Assembly: GCA_964435885.1 (NCBI GenBank)
Contig: CAYTAS010000008.1
Location: forward strand, 5,953 to 69,952
Length of the DNA stretch: 64,000 bases
Source: an uncultured Nitrospira sp.
GTDB taxonomy: Bacteria; Nitrospirota; Nitrospiria; Nitrospirales; Nitrospiraceae
Reading direction: 5' to 3'
Part shown: in pieces, positions 1 through 9,624 of the stretch
How positions within the stretch are numbered: the stretch's first letter is position 1
Layout: each line of letters starts with the position of its first letter
Made by a program: the position numbers and the translations under genes
The notes under the pieces: model-generated
What the model saw: only the letters and a program-made list of their open reading frames with translations
The model's database searches: none
What the model was told of the DNA's origin: nothing

Positions 1-1900
1 CCCAATTCAACGTCTTCGTCAGGTGAGCGATATTCTCGGGAAAGAGATCGAAGTCCTCTCGATGCAGCAAAAGATTCAGGCGCAAGCCAAAGGCGAGATG
101 GACAAGACCCAACGCGAGTATTTTCTCCGGGAACAACTCAAGGCCATCCAAAAGGAGTTGGGCGAGCTTGATGAGCGGGCGGAGGAAATCACGGAATTCC
201 GCAAACGCATCAAAGACGCCAAGATGCCGGAGAAAGTTCTGAAAGAAACCGAGAAACAGCTCAAACGGCTCGAAAAGATGCACCCGGACACCGCCGAATC
301 CGCAACCGTCCGAACATACCTGGAATGGATGGTCGAATTGCCGTGGTCGAAGCGGTCGAAAGACAACCTTGAGTTGAAAGCGGCTGCAAAAGTATTGAAC
401 GACGATCACTATGATCTTGAAAAGGTCAAGGAACGGATCCTGGAATACCTAGCCGTGCGAAAACTGAAAGAAAAAATGAAGGGACCGATCCTGTGCTTCG
501 TCGGTCCGCCGGGTGTCGGAAAAACCTCGCTCGGCAAATCGATCGCCCGCGCATTGGGTCGAGAGTTTGTGCGCATCAGCTTAGGCGGCGTGCGCGACGA
601 GGCTGAAATTCGTGGGCACCGCCGGACCTATGTCGGCGCGTTACCCGGACGCATCATCCAAGGAATGAAGCAAGCGGGCACCGGCAACCCTGTCTTCATG
701 CTCGACGAGGTGGACAAGGTCGGCATGGACTTTCGGGGCGATCCGTCCGCGGCCTTGCTGGAGGTCCTCGACCCGGAACAGAACAGCGCGTTCACCGACC
801 ATTATCTCGGCGTCCCGTTCGACCTGACCGAAGTCATGTTCATCACCACGGCCAATTTGATCGATCCCATCCTGCCCGCGCTGCGCGATCGCATGGAGAT
901 CATTGAAATTCCCGGCTACACGGAAGAAGAGAAACTCGGCATTGCCCAAAAATACCTGATTCCACGTCAGCTTGAGGAACACGGTATCACGAGCAAACAC
1001 GTCCGGCTGACCGAGCAGGCCATCAGGCAGATTATTGCCCACTACACCAGAGAAGCCGGCGTACGGAACCTCGAACGTGAAATCGCCAATGTCATGCGCA
1101 AGGTTGCGAAGAAAGTTGCGGAAGGCAAAGGCCAGGGGTTTCCGATCGATCATTCCAATCTCCACAAGTATCTGGGCGTCCCGAAATATGTACCGGAAGC
1201 AGAACTCGAGAAAGATGAAATCGGGGTGGCGACCGGCCTGGCCTGGACCGAATCAGGCGGCGACGTGCTGTACATCGAGGCGACCGTCATGAAGGGAAAG
1301 GGCCAATTGACCCTCACCGGACACCTTGGAGACGTGATGAAGGAATCCGCGCAAGCCGCGCTCAGCTATGTCCGCTCACGAGAAAAGACCTTAAATCTGA
1401 ACCCTGGGATGTTCAGCAGACAAGACCTCCACATCCATGTCCCGGCTGGAGCGATCCCCAAAGACGGTCCCTCAGCTGGCATCACGATGGCCACGGCAAT
1501 TGCTTCGGCATTTTCTGGCATTCCCGCAAGGCGAGATCTTGCCATGACCGGGGAAATCACCTTGCGCGGTCGCGTGCTTCCGATCGGAGGACTCAAAGAA
1601 AAGATCTTGGCGGCGAAACGGGCTAAGCTCGCGACTGTGATCCTCCCGCGCCGAAACAAAAAAGACCTCGAAGAAATTCCAAAGCACCTCCTGAAAGGCA
1701 TCCAGTTGGCCTTCGTCGATACCATGGACGACGTCATGAAGATCGCCCTTCGGCGGAGAGCCAAGGCGCCGTCAGCCTCGAACAAGCCGTCGGTGCCTCC
1801 GGCGCCCGCCCGTATCCGGCCGTTACGATCCGGCAAAGGCCGGCGATCGCACGAGCTTCCTGCCGCGTTGAAAGCCAGGCGCGAGCCGGCTCGCTCGTAG
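1..1900 (+). CDS. lon: Lon protease, 5'-truncated by the window edge
   Basis: Frame is open from base 2. Walker [19 protein letters not shown], Walker B MLDEVDK, catalytic Ser motif PKDGPSAG and catalytic Lys in GGLKEK. Confidence 0.97.
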   Translation, partial: PIQRLRQVSDILGKEIEVLSMQQKIQAQAKGEMDKTQREYFLREQLKAIQKELGELDERAEEITEFRKRIKDAKMPEKVLKETEKQLKRLEKMHPDTAESATVRTYLEWMVELPWSKRSKDNLELKAAAKVLNDDHYDLEKVKERILEYLAVRKLKEKMKGPILCFVGPPGVGKTSLGKSIARALGREFVRISLGGVRDEAEIRGHRRTYVGALPGRIIQGMKQAGTGNPVFMLDEVDKVGMDFRGDPSAALLEVLDPEQNSAFTDHYLGVPFDLTEVMFITTANLIDPILPALRDRMEIIEIPGYTEEEKLGIAQKYLIPRQLEEHGITSKHVRLTEQAIRQIIAHYTREAGVRNLEREIANVMRKVAKKVAEGKGQGFPIDHSNLHKYLGVPKYVPEAELEKDEIGVATGLAWTESGGDVLYIEATVMKGKGQLTLTGHLGDVMKESAQAALSYVRSREKTLNLNPGMFSRQDLHIHVPAGAIPKDGPSAGITMATAIASAFSGIPARRDLAMTGEITLRGRVLPIGGLKEKILAAKRAKLATVILPRRNKKDLEEIPKHLLKGIQLAFVDTMDDVMKIALRRRAKAPSASNKPSVPPAPARIRPLRSGKGRRSHELPAALKARREPARS

Positions 1901-1909
1901 GACCGTATC

Positions 1910-2950
1910 GTGGCCCCGCATACGGCCGAACCCATTCAGGAATTCGCTCTGATTCGAGAGTTGAAGAAACAGTTTGGCCGTCAAGCGCCTGGCGTGATCC
2001 AAGGCATCGGTGACGACGCAGCCGTCATCGAAGCCGTCTCACCGGCATGGTGGCACCTCACGACGGACTTGCTCGCCGAAGGAATCCATTTTGACCTGAA
2101 CTCTGCTACTCCCGAGTCGATCGGATACCGAGCCGCGACAGCCAACCTCAGCGATCTTGCCGCAATGGGGGCGGCGCCTCGGTATCTGCTCATATCACTC
2201 GCCATCCCTAAACAGGTACGTCAACCACAAGTCTACGACTTGTACAGAGGGATGATGAGGGCCTGCCGTATTCATGGCGTGGCGTTGATCGGTGGAGATA
2301 CCTCCGCATCCAAGGCGGGCCTCTTTCTCAGCATCACCCTCCTTGGGACGACAGCACAACACCAAACACTGTTTCGTCACGGCGCGCAGGTGGGAGACGA
2401 GATTTATGTCTCCGGCACTCTGGGAGATTCGCTCGCCGGTCTCCGGCTGTTAGGACATGGCACACCCTCTGGAGCATCCGAGAAGAAACCGTCACAATTG
2501 TCTCGTTTCCATCGACAATTTCTGATACGCCGCCACTTGCAGCCTACGGCGAGGGTCGCCGAAGGCCAGTGGCTCAATAACGGACGACTAGCCTCTGCCG
2601 CCATCGATCTATCCGATGGTCTCTCCGGAGACCTTCAACATATTTGTGAGGAAAGCGGGGTCGGAGCAGAAGTGGAGACTGACCACCTTCCGCTCTCGCC
2701 GGCCTGCCGAGCCTACGCGAAAGCCTGTGTCATCTCGGCGGTTCAACTCGCGATCACCGGAGGCGAGGACTACGAACTGCTGTTTACCGCATCGCCGAGA
2801 TTTCATCGCACTCTCGAACGACAAGCACGGGCACGAGGCTATCGCATCACCCGCATCGGAACCATTCGCCCGAAAAAGTTCGGCATCCAGATGACAATCC
2901 AAGGCCGAACGCAACCTCTGCCACCGACCAGTTACGAGCATTTTCGCTGA
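1910..2950 (+). CDS. thiL: Thiamine-monophosphate kinase
   Basis: GIGDDAAV, NLSDLAAMG, LIGGDT, AIDLSDGL and GGEDYELLFT motifs. Confidence 0.95.
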   Translation: MAPHTAEPIQEFALIRELKKQFGRQAPGVIQGIGDDAAVIEAVSPAWWHLTTDLLAEGIHFDLNSATPESIGYRAATANLSDLAAMGAAPRYLLISLAIPKQVRQPQVYDLYRGMMRACRIHGVALIGGDTSASKAGLFLSITLLGTTAQHQTLFRHGAQVGDEIYVSGTLGDSLAGLRLLGHGTPSGASEKKPSQLSRFHRQFLIRRHLQPTARVAEGQWLNNGRLASAAIDLSDGLSGDLQHICEESGVGAEVETDHLPLSPACRAYAKACVISAVQLAITGGEDYELLFTASPRFHRTLERQARARGYRITRIGTIRPKKFGIQMTIQGRTQPLPPTSYEHFR

Positions 2951-3465
2951 TGACGGAAGCAGGCAAACATCCTTCTGCAAGGGGAACTCGCTCGTTCCGG
3001 GCACTGCTGCGGCAAGTGCTCCATATTCAAGAGTCACCGCAACGCACGGCGCTGGCATTTGCCTTGGGAGTCTTTATCGCCTTCTCGCCTGCCTATGGTC
3101 TTCATACTGCGATGGTGGTCCTCTGTGCCTGGCTGTTCGGTCTTAATTTTTTGGTCCTATTTACTGGGGCATTGATCAACAACCCTTGGACGATCATTCC
3201 AATATTAGGTGCGACCTATTGGACCGGCGCCCTGTTATTAGGCCAGACACATACGCCGACGTTTGATTGGCACGACATGAGTCCCAGTGGTATCTACGAC
3301 CAGGTCCTTCCATACGCGGGCCCCTTTGTGCTGGGGGGACTCGTGCTCAGTGTGCTCGGAGCATTGTTGTCGTATCCGTTCGCGTATGTTTTCTTTTCGA
3401 AATATCGCCAGCCGTCAGGCACTCTCGCGGCCAAACCATTGCCGCCTTCCGACTCAGTGGGCTAA
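2950..3465 (+). CDS. DUF2062-family membrane protein
   Basis: ESPQRTALAFALGVFIAFSP and NNPWTIIPI pattern, hydrophobic segments, overlaps the thiL stop. Confidence 0.8.
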   Translation: MTEAGKHPSARGTRSFRALLRQVLHIQESPQRTALAFALGVFIAFSPAYGLHTAMVVLCAWLFGLNFLVLFTGALINNPWTIIPILGATYWTGALLLGQTHTPTFDWHDMSPSGIYDQVLPYAGPFVLGGLVLSVLGALLSYPFAYVFFSKYRQPSGTLAAKPLPPSDSVG

Positions 3466-3479
3466 GATAGCTTTTGACT

Positions 3480-4898
3480 ATGGAACGTGCAGACCGATCG
3501 AACGCTCCGTATGATGGATCGGCACTGATCGCTGATCCAATTCACAAATACGTCACCTTCACCGTTCCCTACGCGACTCCTGATCCTCACGAGCTGACTG
3601 AGAAGGATCTGATCGATTCTCCATGGGTCCAGCGTCTCCGATACATATATCAGCTCCAAAGCGCCCGCTGGGTCTATCCGTCCGCAGAGCATACCCGCTT
3701 CGTCCATTCCTTGGGGACGATGCACGTGGCCGGACGATTTGCCCGACATCTGTATCCTTTTCTCAAGAAAGTCGTCAAAGACGTTCCTTCGGCCAACTTC
3801 GTAGAAGAGCTCTTACGGGTCACAGCCTTGGTGCACGATATCGGCCACGGTCCGTTCTGTCATTTCTTCGACGACAACTTCCTTCATGCCATTGGTCTCA
3901 CTCACGAACGTTTGGGTCAAATCATCATTCGCGAGCACTTGGCTCCCGTGATCAGGAAAATCCGAAGAAGCCCGTCCGGGCCCTTCGACAAGGGCGAAGA
4001 GTTGGACCCGGACCAGATCGCGCACCTCATCCTCAAGGAAAAAGGGAAAGATAATTCCCGCCTTCCGCGTTGGCTCAGTGTACTCCAACCCGTGATCTCC
4101 GGAAGTTACACCGGGGACAATCTCGACTATGTGTTGAGGGATTCCTACATGTGCGGCGTGGCCGTGGGCCCCGTCGATCTGACACGGTTGATTCATTACA
4201 CGATCGTGACAGAGAAGGGGTTCACCATTCACAAGACTGGGCTTCCCGCGCTCCAAATGTTCTTGAACACGCGCATGTACCTCTATTCCAACGTGTATTT
4301 TCACCGCACGACCAGAGCGATCGACATCCACCTTCGAGATATATTCGGTGAGACGATGAAGCTACTGTGCCCTTGTGATCCGCGAAAGAAGATGGAGGAA
4401 TATCGCACTCTGACGGATTGGTCGCTCCTGGAAGAGGTTCGAAGTTGGAGACATTCCCGCCAGAAAGTCCGCCGACAATTGGGCCATGAATGGACGCGCA
4501 TCCTAGACCGCGACGTCAAATGGAAGATGGCCTACAGCACGACCCTGAAGGAAAAAGGCCAGGAGCGCGGCATGGCGTTTCCCGGCCATCGGCATTTTGA
4601 ACAGCAGATTGTCAAAGAATTGCCAGCGGGATTGAAGCGACTCCACTTCCAGGTAGACATGGCCCTCTTGGATCCACGACCCGATCCCAAAGACCGACGC
4701 GGGAACCCCTTATACGTCTACGATCCCGGCACTGGTCAGGTTTCTCCCGAACCACTGGAAGAATTCCTGGATCTCCTGCCAACGCAACTTATTCAATTTC
4801 GAATCTACTCGCTGGACCATGCCCACGACGCCGCCCTGTCGCAAGCCGCCGCGACCGTGTTGAGTAAAACGCCGACCAGTCTGGAATCGAACTACTAA
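3480..4898 (+). CDS. HD-domain phosphohydrolase (SAMHD1/YwfO-like dNTPase family)
   Basis: QRLRYIYQL, HTRFVHSLG, HDIGHGPF, DNLDYVLRD and VYFHRT motifs. ATG at 3480; the ORF track uses TTG at 3474. Confidence 0.88.
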   Translation: MERADRSNAPYDGSALIADPIHKYVTFTVPYATPDPHELTEKDLIDSPWVQRLRYIYQLQSARWVYPSAEHTRFVHSLGTMHVAGRFARHLYPFLKKVVKDVPSANFVEELLRVTALVHDIGHGPFCHFFDDNFLHAIGLTHERLGQIIIREHLAPVIRKIRRSPSGPFDKGEELDPDQIAHLILKEKGKDNSRLPRWLSVLQPVISGSYTGDNLDYVLRDSYMCGVAVGPVDLTRLIHYTIVTEKGFTIHKTGLPALQMFLNTRMYLYSNVYFHRTTRAIDIHLRDIFGETMKLLCPCDPRKKMEEYRTLTDWSLLEEVRSWRHSRQKVRRQLGHEWTRILDRDVKWKMAYSTTLKEKGQERGMAFPGHRHFEQQIVKELPAGLKRLHFQVDMALLDPRPDPKDRRGNPLYVYDPGTGQVSPEPLEEFLDLLPTQLIQFRIYSLDHAHDAALSQAAATVLSKTPTSLESNY

Positions 4899-4954
4899 TC
4901 GACTAATTACTGAATTTTAGTTCTACATGATGAATGCGTGGATAACTAAGCAAG

Positions 4955-5107
4955 CTATGGCTGCTTAGTCTGCGCTACGCCCGTATCCCGAACGGCAGGC
5001 CTTCCATCGGCTGGGATTTTCTTATCGTCACCATAGCCCGCTGCGAGAAGGCCAAGAATGCCAACCCAATAAGCCGCCACGTCCGGAAATTGCCACCTAT
5101 CAAGCAT
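4955..5107 (-). pseudogene. 50-aa sORF resembling a lipoprotein with a Cys-to-Tyr lipobox change
   Basis: Manual translation MLDRWQFPDVAAYWVGILGLLAAGYGDDKKIPADGRPAVRDTGVAQTKQP*, preceded by GGAGG. Below the 60-aa cutoff of the ORF track. Confidence 0.35.
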
Positions 5108-5280
5108 CGCAACTGCCCTCCACGTTCAGCTTCTAATGATCAACCGTACCAACAAGTCTTGGATTATCGCCTAAGAAATGCGCCGTATTATCAATGGATA
5201 TGGCGCTGTATCGTCCATGGTTCGGACGCACTTGTTCGTCTTCTTGCTCACTAAGGCATCGCGGTCTTTTTGGGGAAAGC

Positions 5281-5296
5281 TGGCAGGCATCCTGCA
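5281..5296 (+). promoter_or_regulatory. Candidate sigma-54 (-24/-12) promoter
   Basis: TGGCAGGCATCCTGCA has correct GG-N10-GC spacing, about 50 bp upstream of the ATG at 5345. Confidence 0.5.
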
Positions 5297-5344
5297 ATGA
5301 TTGGGCGTATACCCAACTCACAATGTCCGCCGAAGGAGGCTGGT

Positions 5345-5716
5345 ATGATGGTTCTAGGGAAATGGATGATCGCTGCCTGTGGGCTTTTTCTCGTCCTGGT
5401 TCTTCCCTCCTATGCGCAACTCGGCGGGGGGCAGCAGGGAGCGGAAAGAGTCCTAAATAGTATGCCTCCGGATATGCTGGTGAAGGTCCAATCTTTGGCG
5501 CAGATCCTCCAGCAGAGCATCAAAGAGGGAAAACTCACAGACGACGAAGTCCAACGAGATCTGATCTCAGGTCACCTGGAGGAACGGCTGAAACAATTGA
5601 GCCCCGAAGCAGGGCGGCTCTTATCTGAGATCAGCGAAGCGTTGAAGAAAGGCAAGGGACCCGGCGAAGAAAGCCTGATGCCGCTGCTCGGAGGTTTGGG
5701 CATCTCGCCGGAGTAG
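5345..5716 (+). CDS. Secreted hypothetical protein (helical)
   Basis: AGGAGG RBS before ATG 5345; signal-peptide-like N-terminus ending LPSYA. Confidence 0.75.
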   Translation: MMVLGKWMIAACGLFLVLVLPSYAQLGGGQQGAERVLNSMPPDMLVKVQSLAQILQQSIKEGKLTDDEVQRDLISGHLEERLKQLSPEAGRLLSEISEALKKGKGPGEESLMPLLGGLGISPE

Positions 5717-5746
5717 AGAAGAGGCTCAAGACCTACCGATGGCCTC

Positions 5747-6103
5747 CTATCCAGGGTTCGGCGCAATTCTCTCCGAAGTCTTCTCCACCTCAAACATGAT
5801 TCCACACCAAACCGGCAAAGCCAACCAGATCCAGACCCTATCGCGAACCTCGGGCAACATACTCCTATGCTTGTCTTAATATCAGTGAAACTCCTCCTGC
5901 GCTTCCAATTCTTCAGCTGTAAAAGAAGAACGGAAGAAGTATTCATCGGGACTATACTGGTCATCAAACCACATGCAAAATAGCTCTACCGAAACATCTG
6001 CGATAGAAATATCGGTCTCATAATTCAACTGCCCCTGTTCCGAACAGACCAGCCGGAGCAGATCGATCATCCTCAGACGTGGATCTGGAATGTCAGTTGC
6101 CAC
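5747..6103 (-). pseudogene. Pseudogene of a small acidic hypothetical (immunity-protein-like) with two in-frame stops
   Basis: The 73-aa ORF ends EEFH*, but the frame continues Y*DKHRSMLPEVRDRVWIWLALPVWCGIMFEVEKTSERIAPNPG* to 5747. Stops lie at 5882-5884 and 5876-5878. Confidence 0.65.
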
Positions 6104-6172
6104 CTTCAGTCAATATCCAGATTGCTACCATCGGAATTTCGTCTCTTGTTCTTTCGAGGTGTTCACTTCCTC

Positions 6173-6385
6173 TTAATCAAGTCCTTCCTTATCAGACGAT
6201 GGTGATGACTTTCTCGTACGCTCTTCTCGATGCTCCAAAATGAGCGCGGCTGCAATCAGCAGCTGGATGCCGATGAGAAGGAGGAAGAGTGCTCCCTTGA
6301 ACTGACCCGTCTGCTCGGCCAGCACAAATTGATGAGCGGCAAGCAGGAGGGAAATGATGGAAAGAACAAACAGGAATATTCTCAT
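6173..6385 (-). CDS. Small two-helix membrane protein
   Basis: 70 aa, two hydrophobic stretches and a charged C-terminal tail. Confidence 0.6.
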   Translation of the reverse strand: MRIFLFVLSIISLLLAAHQFVLAEQTGQFKGALFLLLIGIQLLIAAALILEHREERTRKSSPSSDKEGLD

Positions 6386-6480
6386 GTTTGATGCCCGTAG
6401 AATGAATCAGAGGGTATGTCGACAGTGGGATCAGGTCAACGAGAAGCATGCCGGTACAACGGAAACGAAGGGTGCCTGAA

Positions 6481-7473
6481 TCATGGTTCCGGCGAGCCGA
6501 CACCGGATCCTGGATCGGTGATGGAGACCGGAGCCGCCGATTGCACACGTCCCTTAAACGGCAGATCCAGCAAAGCATAGGGGTTCACGCGCGCGCCGTT
6601 GAGTTTTACGCCCCAATGTAGATGGGGGCCGGTCGCGCGACCGGTGGCGCCCACTTTCCCCACGATCTCTCCGGCCTTCACGAGATCACCCTCCTTGACC
6701 AGCACTTCGGAGAGATGGAAATACATTGAGTACAAGCCGAGTCCGTGGTCCAGGAATACACCCTTCCCTGAGAAAATATGATCGACGGTCAGCCGTACAA
6801 TGCCATCGTTCGTCGCAACGACCTCGGTTCCGAGCGGAGCGCCGATATCCTCGCCGTTGTGAGGATTGCGCGCCTGACCGTTCATAATCCTGACACTGCC
6901 GAAGATCCCGGTTCGTTTGCCGGCTACAGGTTCGACGAACCCCCTCTGCCATAATTTCGTGAGAGAATCGTTTGCCAGCACTTCCTTGACCTGGGCTTGT
7001 TCCGCTTTCCATCGAGCCAAACTCTTTTTATCAAGATCGACCTTGCTTTTCGGTAGTGTGAGGCGCTCCACGTGAAATTGCTCTTTGAGGACCTGTACAT
7101 GGTACGTCATCGTCTGACTCTGCTCTTCAGTCTTGGCTTCGACGGTCAGCTCATGGATTCCCGGTTCATCTTGCAGGTCGATCCCGATCAATCCAATAAC
7201 CCCGCTCGGCTCTTCAGGTCGCGTATCGGGAAAGAAACTGACGGAGCGACCGAGAAAAGTTCCTTGCACGCGAGCGACTCCCCTCTCGGTGGGAATCTTC
7301 ACCATAAGGATTTGCCCTTGCTTGCCGCTATAATGAGCGGTAACGGCATAAGAGCTTGGTGGAGGATCCGCAAAGAGATCGACGGGGAAGAGACCAACAA
7401 GCAGAACGATCGCCCCAAATCGGAACCGCCTGCCGTGACCAGATTGAACTCTCAGATCATGCGCCGGTGTCAT
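6481..7473 (-). CDS. M23-family metallopeptidase, exported
   Basis: HNGEDI (HxxxD) and GPHLHW (HxH) motifs. ATG at 7473 overlaps the pafA TGA (ATGA). Confidence 0.9.
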   Translation of the reverse strand: MTPAHDLRVQSGHGRRFRFGAIVLLVGLFPVDLFADPPPSSYAVTAHYSGKQGQILMVKIPTERGVARVQGTFLGRSVSFFPDTRPEEPSGVIGLIGIDLQDEPGIHELTVEAKTEEQSQTMTYHVQVLKEQFHVERLTLPKSKVDLDKKSLARWKAEQAQVKEVLANDSLTKLWQRGFVEPVAGKRTGIFGSVRIMNGQARNPHNGEDIGAPLGTEVVATNDGIVRLTVDHIFSGKGVFLDHGLGLYSMYFHLSEVLVKEGDLVKAGEIVGKVGATGRATGPHLHWGVKLNGARVNPYALLDLPFKGRVQSAAPVSITDPGSGVGSPEP

Positions 7474-8846
7474 CGATAAAACCGTCCTCCGGATACTTGG
7501 GAAATCAATTCTTCGACACGCCGATTGACTGCGCTGAACGGATCCATACACAGAATCGTTTCTTCCCAGTACCCGTTCAATTTGAGATAGGTCCAATCGA
7601 CCGTATAGGATCGGTTCTTTGCCCGTGCGAATCGAATAAAGTCTCCACGGACTTTGGCCCTCGTCGTCTGCGGCGGCGTGGACATGGCTCGTTGAACCGC
7701 CCCTTCCTCCACCACCCGTTCGGTCAACCCGCGAGACTCCATCAGATAATACAACCCACGCGTCCGCTTCACATCATGGTACTGCAAATCCAACAAGAAC
7801 ACCCGCGGGTCGTCCCATCCGCAATGTCGCTTCTCGACGTACGATTGGATCACATGTTTCTTGGTGATCCAGTCGATCCGATGCGTGAGCTGCATGGGAT
7901 CTTCCTCCAACTGCTGAAGCACGGACTCCCACTTGTCGCACACATCGTCCAGGATCGCCTCGTGATCCTCCTGAGTCAAATATTCTCGAGCCCGCGCCAA
8001 ATAGACTCGTTGGATTTCGATCGCCGTCATTTGCCGACCGTCGTCCAGCTTGACTTTCTTTTTCAGCGTCGGATCCCTCGACACTTCCCTAATGGCTTTG
8101 ACCGAATCTTCCAATTCCATCCCATGCACCGTGTACCCTTCTTCGATCATCGACAGCACCAACGCCGCCGTCCCCACCTTGAGGTACGTCGCGTACTCGG
8201 ACATGTTCGAATCTCCGACGATGATATGGAGCCGTCGATAGCGTTCCGCATCAGAATGGGGTTCATCTCGCGTATTGATGATGCTCCTGGAAGAGGTCGT
8301 GGAGGATGACGTTTTTTCATGAATATGCTGAGCCCTCTGCGAGATGAAGTATTGCGGTTTTCCTGAGACTTTCAAGACTTTTCCCGCCCCGCTGAAGACT
8401 TGTCGCGTCACAAAAAACGGGATCAGCTGTTCGGTGACTTTCCAAAAATCCACGTCACGCCGCATGAGGAAGTTCTCGTGACATCCGTACGTATTGCCCA
8501 GGGAATCCGTATTGTTCTTAAAAATGTAGATCTCCCCGGACAGACCTTCCTCGCGAAGCCGCTCTTCTGCCGCCGGCAAACAGGCTTCCAACAGCCGTTC
8601 TCCGGCCTTGTCATGGACCACAAGATCAAGGATGTTGTCGCATTCCGGAGTCGAGTACTCAGGATGACAGCCGGTGTCTTGATAAAACCGCGCCCCATTG
8701 ACTAAAAAGGCGTTCGACGGCCAGCTGTTGGGAATCAATCCTTCGAAGATGTACCCGAGCACCTTCTCCATGGGAAGGTAGATTCGGCCATTGGGAGAAA
8801 AAATGAGGCCGTACTCGTTCTCGAGACCGAATATCCTTTGTTTCAT
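7470..8846 (-). CDS. pafA: Pup--protein ligase
   Basis: RIFGLENEYG, FYQDTGCHPEYSTPEC, YGCHENF, RRLHIIVGDSNM and LDLQYHD motifs; last gene of the proteasome cluster. Confidence 0.93.
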   Translation of the reverse strand: MKQRIFGLENEYGLIFSPNGRIYLPMEKVLGYIFEGLIPNSWPSNAFLVNGARFYQDTGCHPEYSTPECDNILDLVVHDKAGERLLEACLPAAEERLREEGLSGEIYIFKNNTDSLGNTYGCHENFLMRRDVDFWKVTEQLIPFFVTRQVFSGAGKVLKVSGKPQYFISQRAQHIHEKTSSSTTSSRSIINTRDEPHSDAERYRRLHIIVGDSNMSEYATYLKVGTAALVLSMIEEGYTVHGMELEDSVKAIREVSRDPTLKKKVKLDDGRQMTAIEIQRVYLARAREYLTQEDHEAILDDVCDKWESVLQQLEEDPMQLTHRIDWITKKHVIQSYVEKRHCGWDDPRVFLLDLQYHDVKRTRGLYYLMESRGLTERVVEEGAVQRAMSTPPQTTRAKVRGDFIRFARAKNRSYTVDWTYLKLNGYWEETILCMDPFSAVNRRVEELISQVSGGRFYR

Positions 8847-8879
8847 AGGACCTGATGGCGACATACAGGCTATAGAAAC

Positions 8880-8908
8880 AGGTTACACGCCAGTTCTCGG
8901 ATGTGCAA
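8880..8908 (-). promoter_or_regulatory. Candidate sigma-70 promoter of pafA
   Basis: TTGCAC-17 nt-TAACCT with an extended TG in the prcA-pafA spacer. Confidence 0.5.
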
Positions 8909-8935
8909 CAAACGACGCGTTCACCAAAGTGGAAG

Positions 8936-9622
8936 CTAGGGAGAGAGGATTCGACGGATGTCGCTCACCGACAAACGGCGAAACTTTCGGCCGGTGCGGG
9001 ATCGGTCTAAGACCGCCACTTCCAAGCCTTCGGGTTGCAACTTCTGATTCGCCGTTTGTTCAAGCGCCGCGACGCACAGTTTCAACGCCGCGTCGAGTGC
9101 GGGAGTTCGCTCGGGGCTCGTGTCCTTCAAAACAGTCTGGACGGCTTCCGATTTTCCCCCGATCACCGCAAAATTCTTTTCATCGATGATGCTGCCGTCG
9201 AATGAAATACGATAGATCTCATTCGGGTACTGGGTGGTACCGGCCTGCACGACTAGAATCTCCACCTCAAGCGGTTTCATTTCCTGGCTGAATACGGTGC
9301 CGAGGCTTTGCGAGTAGCCGTTGGCCAGAGAACGGCCGGTGACATCCTCACGACTATACATAAACCCTTTGAGATCGGCGTGACGGATTCCTGCCTTCCT
9401 CAGATTCTCGAATTCGCTATACTTGCCGGCCCCGGCAAACGCGATGTTGTCGTAAATTTCGGAAACTTTGTGCAGAGAAGCGCTCGGGTTATCCGCCGTC
9501 AACAGGATGCCGTCGGCATACTCCATCGCGATGATGGAACGGCCTTTCGCAATCCCTTTCTTGGCATACTCGGCCTTGTCCTGCATCATCTGTTCGGGGG
9601 AGACGTAATAGGGCATCGGCAT
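8936..9622 (-). CDS. prcA: 20S proteasome alpha subunit
   Basis: PYYVSPEQMMQDKAEYAKKGIAKGRS N-terminus, AFAGAGKYSEFENLR. Confidence 0.95.
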   Translation of the reverse strand: MPMPYYVSPEQMMQDKAEYAKKGIAKGRSIIAMEYADGILLTADNPSASLHKVSEIYDNIAFAGAGKYSEFENLRKAGIRHADLKGFMYSREDVTGRSLANGYSQSLGTVFSQEMKPLEVEILVVQAGTTQYPNEIYRISFDGSIIDEKNFAVIGGKSEAVQTVLKDTSPERTPALDAALKLCVAALEQTANQKLQPEGLEVAVLDRSRTGRKFRRLSVSDIRRILSP

Positions 9623-9624
9623 GA

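Noticed and set aside
1750-1900. Basic, Pro/Ala-rich C-terminal tail of Lon
   Set aside because: Variable low-complexity tails are common, and no function can be supported.
7356-8309. Long opposite-strand ORFs (e.g. 7356-8309, 20923-21651, 31589-32470, 35854-37194, 53128-54216, 57184-58314)
   Set aside because: They are antisense shadows of well-supported genes in GC-rich DNA and carry no recognisable motifs.
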